A stretch of 63,655 bases of DNA, counting the filler. It is 7 parts of 7 records of this genome, joined end to end, with 100 filler letters (N's around TTAATTAATTAA, not from the genome) between each part and the next. Parts side by side here need not be neighbours in the genome. Positions count along the whole stretch, not along the records: positions 12,510 to 24,320 come from DRR723986_17583; positions 24,421 to 31,043 come from DRR723986_17605; 5 more parts are not named here. One strand, 5' to 3'. Made by a program: the position numbers and the translations under genes. The notes beneath the pieces are model-generated. The model did no database searches. It was not told the origin of the DNA and saw only the letters and a program-made list of their open reading frames with translations. Positions 19,362-29,000 of the stretch are shown here, in pieces. How positions within the stretch are numbered: position 1 is the first letter of the stretch; each line of letters starts with the position of its first letter.

Positions 19362-20717
19362 ATGTCTATGCAACTTGAGTTAGAAAGCGAATTTGAAAAA
19401 CAACACGCGTTCCTGAGCTACGACGAGTATGCAGAGCTTGCGGCTGAGAGTCTGGGAATCACCTTTAATCGCTACATCGAGGAGGGTGCCCTGGATGATG
19501 CGACACATGCCATGATAGATGCGGAATTGGAACTCCAAAAACACAAAGGCGACCTGGAGGATGTAGAGCAGCTAATGCATCTGGCGAATACACTGGCGCT
19601 GTACGATGAATATACGCAGGCCCTCACAATTCTGCGTGCCATTCTTGACAGAATGCTTGACAATCCATTTATGCCGGAAGATGCGCGCTACACGTTTGAA
19701 GAGCTTTACAACTCAACAGTTAGAAGTTTGTTGATCATTTTCTCCAATTTTGATGACACCGACAGCGAGTACAGCGAGCTGAGCGACTATCTCATCAGCA
19801 TATTCCCGGTCATGACGATGGGCCGGGAAGCTCTAAACAGACGCATAGTTAGCGCACTTACCAAACACGGCCCGAACCCGGAAATTTTGTCAAAACTGCA
19901 GACGGCACTGGAGCTGCAGCACGATATACCAAATTGGGAACTAAGAGATATTCGTGAAGTTTTGGCTGAGGTAACGGCAGCCGGCGACACGGAGAGGCGG
20001 CCAATAAAAAAACGCACAATGCCCAGTTCAGTTAATGCCGGGAAGTTGATTAAACAAATCCAACAGGCGCACGAAGCCAAAGACTACGAAGAATTGATTG
20101 AGCTGTGCCGCGAAGTAATTAAACATGGTGAAAAACACTTTGCTCACGAAAACATCGAACTGGCCTATAGGCGTTTGCAGGAAGCGGCACAGAATACCGA
20201 TAACGATGAATTAACAATTTTTGCAGCACGCTGGGTTTACATACACCTTGGCAGCAACAGCAGCAAACGTTATGACCTGTTGCGTCGATTGCTACGTGAG
20301 GAGCAGTGGCCGGAATTTGTGCAGGGCATGATTGAGGAACTTAAACAACTGGATATGCACCACGCAGTTATGCGCCAGGCTGAGATTTGTATCCAGGAAG
20401 AAGATTGGAAGCAGCTAGCTGAAATTCTCAAGCATAATGTTTCGGAACAAATGATAAAGTTGGCTCGCCAGTACTTAGTTCCCGACCACATCTCCGAAAT
20501 CCGCGCCATGGAGACCACGCTGCTGCTGGAAGTGTTCAGCAACAGATATGGGCGCATAAACTACCGGCACATGTGTACCGGAATTGAAGAATTCAGTAAT
20601 CGTTATGGTCTCTCACAAGCGCGAATCCTGGTTGAAGAAGTGAGAAACAGATACCCAAAACGCAGGATCATGATGGAAGAACTTGACAAGTTCTCCGCCG
20701 AAAAGTTAAGTATTTGA
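19362..20717 (+). CDS. Hypothetical helical protein, SWIM-less paralog of the upstream gene
   Basis: 451 aa; C-terminus ...R..YPKRRIMMEELDK resembles ...R..FPQRPALQDELNK upstream. Confidence 0.7.
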   Translation: MSMQLELESEFEKQHAFLSYDEYAELAAESLGITFNRYIEEGALDDATHAMIDAELELQKHKGDLEDVEQLMHLANTLALYDEYTQALTILRAILDRMLDNPFMPEDARYTFEELYNSTVRSLLIIFSNFDDTDSEYSELSDYLISIFPVMTMGREALNRRIVSALTKHGPNPEILSKLQTALELQHDIPNWELRDIREVLAEVTAAGDTERRPIKKRTMPSSVNAGKLIKQIQQAHEAKDYEELIELCREVIKHGEKHFAHENIELAYRRLQEAAQNTDNDELTIFAARWVYIHLGSNSSKRYDLLRRLLREEQWPEFVQGMIEELKQLDMHHAVMRQAEICIQEEDWKQLAEILKHNVSEQMIKLARQYLVPDHISEIRAMETTLLLEVFSNRYGRINYRHMCTGIEEFSNRYGLSQARILVEEVRNRYPKRRIMMEELDKFSAEKLSI

Positions 20718-20798
20718 TTGCTGAAATATTTCACAGTTCATGTGGCGGGCGGTTTGGCGCCTCCGGCCGTTGCGCAATTCCACTGCGCAGCACCTAAC

Positions 20799-21659
20799 TC
20801 ATTCCTTGGCTTTGTTGCGATGCGGGTAACGGCAAATCCCAATAGTCTTTTCCTCCACCTCAAAACCAAGCGAATTGTAGATGCGGTAGGCCGCGCCCTT
20901 GGGGTCGGCTACGAGGATGACAACATCGGTTTGCGCGCGCTGCAGAGCCTCAGACGTGACGTGATGCATTAAGGTCGAGCAGACGCCGCGTTTGCGGTAT
21001 TCCGGATGTGTACTCACCGACTGAAAACGACCGAGTTCTTCACTAAAGAACAAGCCACAATTGCCGATTAACTTTTCGGCCTCAAATGCCCCCCACCAGT
21101 CTCCCAGTCCTGCCTGTGCCATACGACGTGCGGCGGCCATACGGCGCTTGACAAACTCGTGGAACTCTTGCTGTGGGAATCCTTCGTCATTACTGGCGGC
21201 TCCAAGCTCAACGGCGGCTGACCAATCGGCATCACTCATTAAGGGGCGGCAAGTCAATTCGGTGTTAAGGTGTACAGGTTGTTTTACTGTGCGGCATGTC
21301 ATGACGACGGTAGAGTCAACGTGGAAACCATCTTTAAGAAATGGCTCTACGGCACCGCCGGCAGCTTCGATGCTGTCCCAGGCAAAGGTGCGGTGGCGCA
21401 CGCCAGGCATATGCCCAAACTCTTGCTTAAACAACGTTTCCCAGCGTTCAAAGTCTCCTTCAGCGGGCGGGTTCTGGAAGTAGAGCAGGTTGCCCCAGTA
21501 GTATCCCGGCTGTGAGGGCGTGCGAATTGTTAAGTATTCACCACGGTCAAGGACTTCACCATCAAAACGATGAAAAATCAGGTCGGTCCTGAATCCGAGC
21601 GAGCGGATACGGTCTATAAACTTCTGATTTGCAGCCTGCATCTGAATTTCTCCGCGCAT
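20799..21659 (-). CDS. GNAT family N-acetyltransferase
   Basis: VSTHPEYRKRGV acetyl-CoA motif; AYRIYNSLGF. Confidence 0.88.
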   Translation of the reverse strand: MRGEIQMQAANQKFIDRIRSLGFRTDLIFHRFDGEVLDRGEYLTIRTPSQPGYYWGNLLYFQNPPAEGDFERWETLFKQEFGHMPGVRHRTFAWDSIEAAGGAVEPFLKDGFHVDSTVVMTCRTVKQPVHLNTELTCRPLMSDADWSAAVELGAASNDEGFPQQEFHEFVKRRMAAARRMAQAGLGDWWGAFEAEKLIGNCGLFFSEELGRFQSVSTHPEYRKRGVCSTLMHHVTSEALQRAQTDVVILVADPKGAAYRIYNSLGFEVEEKTIGICRYPHRNKAKE

Positions 21660-21764
21660 TGTTCTTGCGCCTGCAAGTTAGCAAATTTGGGGATAGGGTT
21701 GGTGGTGGCTTGCGGCGAGTCAAATGACTTACTGTTTTTGTGCTGTGGGTTTTGCGGCTTAGAC

Positions 21765-22358
21765 TCAATGACTTGGTGATGGTTGGATTAGGGGTTTGGA
21801 GGGCCAACCTGTTCCGGAAAACAGACTGTCAATCACACGAGACTCGTCCAAATCTACAATGTATGTAACTATATCACCACATTTAAGTTTAACCAGGTTT
21901 TCTTCGTGTTTACACTCGCAGAACGGCAGGTAATCAAACTTTAGACTCTTTCGCCGGGCAAGGCCATCCGGCCTTATATCATATAGAGTCAGGTTGGTAG
22001 ACCAGGGCATGCTGCCATCTATCATAGTGGCTAGTTGCGGCAATGACAGATATTGCACGAACGTGCTATCATGTGCAAAGTTTTTAGAGCCCTCTCCCAT
22101 CATTAGAAGTCTCGGGAACGAATCAATCACAACTTCTTTTCCCTTCACTTTCGTCAGTACAAACTGCATAACTGCCGAATCTATGGGGCTTAACTCTTTG
22201 CAAAGTGTCATTCGTGCCTCGGTCCAATAAACTGGTTCACTTGTACCTGTGCCGGCAAGCAGACAGAATGAGTAAGACACAAACACTAGAAACACAATAC
22301 ACAACTTGTGGAATTGTTGAAATCGTTGTTTAACAGAAGGTTTATCCAGTTTGGCCAT
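21765..22358 (-). CDS. Hypothetical exported protein
   Basis: 197-aa ORF with an N-terminal hydrophobic segment. Confidence 0.55.
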   Translation of the reverse strand: MAKLDKPSVKQRFQQFHKLCIVFLVFVSYSFCLLAGTGTSEPVYWTEARMTLCKELSPIDSAVMQFVLTKVKGKEVVIDSFPRLLMMGEGSKNFAHDSTFVQYLSLPQLATMIDGSMPWSTNLTLYDIRPDGLARRKSLKFDYLPFCECKHEENLVKLKCGDIVTYIVDLDESRVIDSLFSGTGWPSKPLIQPSPSH

Positions 22359-23052
22359 AGGTCATTGCTGCGGTTTCATACTGTTCGTATGCAATATAGA
22401 AATTTCTTTGATGTTTCGGCCGCACTGCCTGCATGATTCTAGCGCCGTCTTGGGGTCGGGCCTGCCTTTTGAGCTTCTTGTTTGTTTTTGAATTTAATAT
22501 TCACAGTAGTTCAGTCTGGCTGAAGTTTGTCGGTCAATCAACTTGAGCTTGACGCACAATAGGTCTATTGCGCAATGAGAGAATAATTGATGTTTTCTCT
22601 TGTGGCAAGCAATTTTGTGAACATTGGATAAGGAGAACAACTGCGCCTTGTTAATGTCCCGACCTAAGGTAGCTGAGGGTTCAGCACTACACCCAAGAAT
22701 AGGGCTGCCGACCGCCAGGAACAGCAGTTCGTATATTATCCGGCAATAATTATTAACTCTCACCTTCTTGCCTCCGCTCTAAACTTTTTTTCGCTTACAG
22801 TCTTAACACCGACACCTGAACTCATTGTCGAAGGCCTTTTGTTCAGATTGTATCGTACTTTTTGCTATGTCCTTAACATCGACTGGATGGCTCATCTCAC
22901 GACTGTGAAAGATGCTGTCACATTGATGTTCAAGTGGGGTGCACGATATTGGCGCGCCACTAATCATTACCTTGGATTGCATATGCCACTTCCCAATTGT
23001 ACATTATACGTTCGCTCACTTCCAACTTCAGCACACAATCCATATACGCCTT

Positions 23053-23956
23053 ATGAAACTGCTCCGTTTGTTTTTTCTCCTGCTCCTGCCGATGAACGCA
23101 CTGTCACAAGCGGTGCAAACTGTTGAAGACCGGCCGTCGATTCTGCCTTATTCGCACAACGCGCTACAAGTCTGTTCACAATACTATTTAGCGGAGACTC
23201 CTTTCCAACCCGCATCGCGAGTGTATGCGGATTCGACCTGGATGTCGCAGCTGACACCCTTTTGGACGGGCCTGGAATCTATGACCCTGCATCGACTTGG
23301 CGAATGGGCGCGAATGTATATTATAACCAACAACCATCCATTCATGTTCCGGCACTACGGGCGCCAGGATCTGATAAACATGACCGGCCAGGATCACGAC
23401 TGGCGTGCGTATAATCAAAACCCTCTGCGCCTGGTTCTTGAAACCGAATTTAAACGTCTTGGCCCTGAACACGCCATGGTCCTGATCCCCGACTGTATCT
23501 TCCGTGCCAGAGTTCTGGACATCGTTACTATTGCCGACACCTCTTTGCCTGCCTCGGCTGCGCACAACTTTGCCTGACGGTTTGCGTGACACGGCAGAGT
23601 GTAACATGGAGAATCGCCAATCGAACACGACAAATATCTTTGGTGGCCTGGCCTACGACGGTCCCTTGGATACAATGTCAATGTATCCGGATAGTCAGCG
23701 ATTCATTCGTTTAACACAACACTCGCCAGACTTGCAGCCAGGTGACGCGGTTTTCCTGTTTGTTAACCTGCACTACATTGATGATGAACTTCACACTTTT
23801 GTTCCAGCCAAGTTGTATGGACATGAGCAAGGAGTTTTCCGAATCGAAGATGGCGAAGTAGTTAACAAGCAGAATTTCTTCAATCTTGGCATTCGAGCTT
23901 CCGAATTTGAATTTGGGCAGTCAATCCAGATTTTGATCGATACATTGTCGCGTTAA
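23053..23956 (+). pseudogene. Frameshifted secreted hypothetical protein
   Basis: Signal-peptide ORF MKLLRLFF... stops at 23577; an overlapping frame (open from 23504) continues to 23956 with protein-like sequence. Confidence 0.55.
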
Positions 23957-24320
23957 AATTTCTGAGCGCTTTATGCCTTCCTCATACTTCGGGGCATAGC
24001 TTTTCTGAGTTTTTTTGTTTATCACCGATTTTGCAGCCCAGCAGTCAGCTTTCTCAAAAGCTGACTAGCGCACTTTAGACCATCCCAAATATTTGAGGCA
24101 AACACTAAACAGCTGCAGTCTGAATTTCAGGAGGCTGAAATTCCGGAGTCTGAGAACAACGCTTCCGCAGGAGGGTCCGCATGCGCAAGACGTAGTCTCA
24201 AGAGAATTGAGGCACTCAGTCAGAAGGCTCAGAGTTGCGTAGTTTTGATCTCAGGAAACGAGAATTCTGGCTGGATTGTTATGCGATAATTGCCAATTTC
24301 GGGTCTCAATGACACCCGGG

Positions 24321-24420
24321 NNNNNNNNNNNNNNNNNNNNNNNNNNNNNNNNNNNNNNNNNNNNTTAATTAATTAANNNNNNNNNNNNNNNNNNNNNNNN
24401 NNNNNNNNNNNNNNNNNNNN
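24321..24420. other. Artificial contig spacer
   Basis: 44 N + TTAATTAATTAA + 44 N. Confidence 0.99.
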
Positions 24421-24646
24421 ATCTGTCCCAAAGGCGTTGACGTCAGACACTCCGTTTTCAACCACTTTGACCAGGATCGCAGCCGCTCCAAACGAGATCA
24501 CTTCAAGCAAACCCACAGTGTGCCAGAACAAGCAGAGATGGGTGCCTTGTCTTGGACTGATACAAAGAAGCATGTAGTGCTCAAGGTATCGCAGTAACCT
24601 AATATAGACTGCCAGATTGAGACCACCTCGTCCCCCGGAGAACACC

Positions 24647-25063
24647 ATGAAGCTAGAGTTTCATCATATTAACTACGTGTCAGAGGACATCGACCGGCTT
24701 CATCAGTTCTATACCTCTGTCCTTGGTTTGGACGACATCCCCATCCAGACCTTCCCTCGAACTGAGGCGACAGACGGCAAGGGCTTTAGCGGGAAGATCA
24801 GGTTTGCGACCGATGGTCAGATGCAGATGCACTTGGCCGAGAAGGACCTGTCAGTTGCGTTCAGAAATGGTGAAGTCATCAACCCGGTTGAACGGGGCCA
24901 TATCGCGTTCAGAACGGATGACATTGAGGCGTTCAAGGCAAAGCTGGACTCACAGAATATTCCCTACTCTGACTACGGGACAGCATTTGCGAAGGAGTGG
25001 CATCAGGTCTTCTTTCATGACCCCGAAGGCAACGTGATCGAAGTGCATCAGGCAGTGGGTTAG
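24647..25063 (+). CDS. VOC/glyoxalase family protein
   Basis: HHINY...FYTSVLGL, GHIAF, FFHDPEGNVIEV; GGAG RBS. Confidence 0.92.
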   Translation: MKLEFHHINYVSEDIDRLHQFYTSVLGLDDIPIQTFPRTEATDGKGFSGKIRFATDGQMQMHLAEKDLSVAFRNGEVINPVERGHIAFRTDDIEAFKAKLDSQNIPYSDYGTAFAKEWHQVFFHDPEGNVIEVHQAVG

Positions 25064-25305
25064 GAGATCTCAGCAAAGAGCCGTTGAATGCCTACGATTG
25101 CTGACGGGATGTCCTCCTCAGCTTTGACTATGGTCTCTCAAAGCTTCTTTTGAGGAATGCCCTGCACCGGGTTCCCGTTCCCCAAGTCTTCCCTGTGGCG
25201 CCCTATCCGCGCCTTCGTTCTCGCCGAGTGGGGCGGCCTCTGCACTGGATAACAGACAGCTTCGCTGTCCTTGCGCTGGCCAGTTCGCATTCGTCTGCCC
25301 CCCCC

Positions 25306-25513
25306 CACGAGAGCTCTGGCAACCTTACGCCCGCTGACGTCTGTTTCGGGCGCGCAAAGCAGATTCTGAAACAGCGAGAGGAAATCAAATGAAAAACCAT
25401 GATCAAGCGGCGCTTGCGCCACGAAACTGAAAACGAATATTAACACTCAAGGGTGAGCCAGAGCCTCCAAATGGAAATCACCTTAGATGTCCCGAATTGT
25501 CCAACGGCAGACA
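25306..25513 (+). mobile_element. Degenerate 3' end of an IS3/IS481-type insertion sequence
   Basis: HESSGNLTPADVCFGRAKQILKQREEIK*KTMIKRRLRH resembles the alphaproteobacterial transposase tail HESLxNLTPADVYFGR with a premature stop; IR-like end ...GGCAGACA at 25513. Confidence 0.7.
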
Positions 25514-25527
25514 GGAAACGAACGTCA

Positions 25528-26091
25528 ATGCAGGATCGACGGTCAATCGACGCGATAACGCGGTTTATCTTCTGTGCTGACGAACCGTGCCAGGTGGATC
25601 TGGCTCTTGTATTGGGTGCACCATCAATCTCGAACGTGGAGCCTGCGATTGCGCTGTACCACGAGGGTTTGACAACCCGCATCCTGATCACCGGCGCTGG
25701 GCCTGCTGGTACACAAGAGCCGGAATGGCGCGTTTACCGTGACTACGCGATATCCTGCGAGGTGCCGGAAAAGGACATCCTGATTGAGCCTGACGCTACC
25801 AACACACGTGAGAACCTGTTGTTTTCAGAACGGATTATAGCGCGCGAACTGGGTTGGGACATAATCAATAAAATCGCAATTTGCTGCAAGCCGCTGCACA
25901 CACGCCGCGCTTACATGACAGCTCGGCAATTCCTGCCGAAACCGGTTGATCTGGTGGTTCTGCCGCCACGCCACCCCTCGGATATTCAGGCCGACAACTG
26001 GTGGCTCAAACCACATGGAAAGGAACGGGTCCTGGGCGAGATCGGTCGGATTGCACAGTACACCTCAAAGGGTGATATTTCGATTGAATGA
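25528..26091 (+). CDS. DUF218 (YdcF/ElyC/SanA-like) protein
   Basis: ALVLG, ILITGA, ILIEPDATNTRENL, HTRRA motifs. Confidence 0.88.
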   Translation: MQDRRSIDAITRFIFCADEPCQVDLALVLGAPSISNVEPAIALYHEGLTTRILITGAGPAGTQEPEWRVYRDYAISCEVPEKDILIEPDATNTRENLLFSERIIARELGWDIINKIAICCKPLHTRRAYMTARQFLPKPVDLVVLPPRHPSDIQADNWWLKPHGKERVLGEIGRIAQYTSKGDISIE

Positions 26092-29000
26092 CCACTTTCC
26101 TGCCCTGAATGTTCCAGCACACGCATCGAAAGCGGTACACCTGATCGGCATTCTCGGCGCTGGGATGAGCGCACTTGCCAAATTGTTCCTTGAACGCGGA
26201 TGGCTGGTTTCGGGTGGCGACAGCACAGTCAATGACCGGCTCGGTCCGTTGCGCGATGCGGGCGCGGATGTCTGGATCGGCAACGCACCCTCGGATTTGG
26301 CGAATTTAGACCTACTCGTCTATAGCCCTGCGATTGCCTGGGATCACCCCGACCTCGTGCAGGCGCGAAGCTTGGGGGTCCCATTGATGACGCGGGCTCG
26401 AGCACTGGCTGGGCTGATTGAGGGGCGTCCTGTTATCAGCGTGGCGGGCAGCCATGGCAAAACGACGACGACCGCAATGCTCGCCGTCTTACTCGAACGT
26501 GCCGGGTTGCGACCGGGCTACATGGTGGGCGAAGCGTGTCAGACGCTGGAAGCAGGCAACGCCCGTTGGTCCGACATCGGACCCTTTGTCAACGAATCCT
26601 GCGAAGCGTTCAGGGCTCTTGATTTCTGGATGCCCGTCAATTGCATCGTGACCGGCATCGACGACGAACACAGCGATCACTATGGCTCATTCGAGGATCT
26701 CGAGGCCGCGTTCGGCGACTTTATGCACCGGCTGCCCGAGGGTGGGCGCATCCTGGTGTGTTCTGACGATGAGAAGCTGTGCGAAGTTTCCCGAGGTCAG
26801 CGAAGGCATGTCGAGGACTTTGGTACGTCCGAAGGTGCCCTCTGGCGCGCGCGCATTCGCGAGTTGAATGCTTCCGAAACCAGGTTCGATTTGTATCATC
26901 GCGGGCAATTTGAGTGCAGCGTTTATCTACCGCTTCCAGGTAGGCACAACGCGCTCAACGCCTTGGCTGCAATTGCCATGGCCACGGGATATGGTTGCGC
27001 ACCTTCCTGGTCGGCAAAGATCCTTGCTGAATTCACCTCGGTCCCGCGCCGCTGGCAACGGATCGGATGCTGGGCGGGGGTGAGCATCTATGATGATATT
27101 GCCCATCATCCTTCTGAAGTGGCTGTCACACTGAACAATGCCCGCCGAGTGGCCGGTCCGCTTGGTCGTCTGGTCGCAGTTCTCCAACCCCAGCTGATAA
27201 GCCGGTTGAGACGGTTGGAAGGCGCGTTCCTCAAGGCACTTTCGATCGCCGATCAGGTTGTTTTGCTGCCCGTTGATACAGCGGGGGAACATGGCTCGGG
27301 CGACGATACCGGAGCAAGCTTGTGCGACAGGCTGCAAGAGGCCGGAGTCCAAGCATGCAGGGCACGAACGATCGACGAGGCTCTGCCGATGGTTGCCGGG
27401 ATTGTAAAATCCGGTGATTGCGTCGTCGCGATGGGCCCTGCTCTGGCGCATAATTTTGCAACTGCGCTGCCCGATTTCCTAGGCAGCCGCTCCGCCATGC
27501 CACCCAAGGCTGAACCTTCGCCCGAAGAGGCGGCTTCGCCCCCGCGTCTCCTGCATAGCTGGTTCGAAGAACAGGTAAGCAAACGCCCGGATGCACTATG
27601 CCTAGTGGAACGCGAACGCGCTTGGACCTATGGCGAAATCGATGCGGAAGCCGAGAAAGTCGCAGCCAGTCTGATTGCACGCGCGTTGCCGCGTGACGCG
27701 CTGGTTGTTCTCGCGATTGAAAAATCAGGGTGGTTTCTTGCATTGGTGTTGGGAGTTCTGAAAGCTGGCTGCGCCTTCGTCCCGATCGATCCCGCCATGC
27801 GGCGTGCGGCCCTGAACGACGTGTTGCATCTCGTCGGAGCCGCGCTGGTCATCGAAGGCACGACGGCCACAGCTGCACCGGCCACGGCATTGCCGACAAT
27901 TGATCTGGACACGTTCCTCAAAGAGGTCAAACAGGTAACAGCACCTGTAGCCCGCCTCAGCCTCCGCCCCAGCCATCTTGCGTATGGCATCTTTACCTCA
28001 GGTTCGACCGGCGCCCCGCGTTTGGTCGGGGTGTCGCATGAAAATGTCTCGAACTTGATTGAGTATTCGATCGGACAGCTTTTCTCGCCCGAGGATCTGA
28101 AGCTTACTCCATTCATTGACTCGATCAGTTTCGATGCGTGCGTGCACCAGATGTTTGCCACCCTTAGCTGCGGCGGATGCCTGTTGCTGGAAAAAGACCT
28201 TGCGTCGCTTGTACAATCAGACCGGTTTCAGCAGATTACCAATCTGGGCGGCACACCCTCGGTCCTTGGCAGTCTGGCGACTAGCGGCCGTTTGCCAAGC
28301 GGAATACGCGTGATCTCTTTGGGTGGGGAGGTCATTCCGCAGGGGCTAATCGCGATGCTGCGCAAGCATCAGGGCTTGAAAAAGATCTATAATTTCTACG
28401 GCCCGACCGAGACAACCATATTCTCGACTGTGGCAGAACTCCTGGGAGGCGCGGCCGACAGTCCCCGGACAAGGGCCGGGACCAACATCGGGTATCCGGT
28501 CGCCGGTACGACGATCCGCATCCTCGACCCGGAAGGAAACGAGTTGCCTGACGGGAAAGCCGGAGAGATCACGGTTGCAGGCAAAGGGGTCGCACGTGGT
28601 TACCTCGGCGACCCGGTGCAGACTGCGGCACGGTTCGGCGCAGCCGCTGACGGAAGGCAGTTCCTTACGAAAGATCTCGGCCAGCGATTGGCAGATGGAT
28701 CCATCGATTTTCTCGGGCGCATGGATGATCAGATCAAGTTCAAAGGGGTGCGCCTTGACCCAGTCGAGATCGAGATCCAAATCGAAGCTTGCGACGGCAT
28801 AGAGCGCGCAGCCGTTGTTCACGGGCAAGCCGACGGTGGCGATTCTATTCTTGCAGCCTTTGTCGTTGCTGCACCGGGAACTGATATGACGCGGTTGCGC
28901 CAGCATCTGGCCGGTCAGTTGCCCAAGGTCATGGTTCCGGGCCTCATAACCCGGGTCGACAGTTTGCCGATGACTGCAACCGGCAAGGTATTGCGCAGAG

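Noticed and set aside
23957-24320. Hairpins AGTCAGCTTT/AAAGCTGACT and GAATTTCAG/CTGAAATTC, plus a start-less open frame
   Set aside because: No recognisable RNA family or protein, and truncated by the contig end
25946-26083. N-terminal extension of the MurC-NRPS ORF
   Set aside because: Overlaps the DUF218 coding region; TTG 26084 has an upstream SD-like sequence and fits the MurC start
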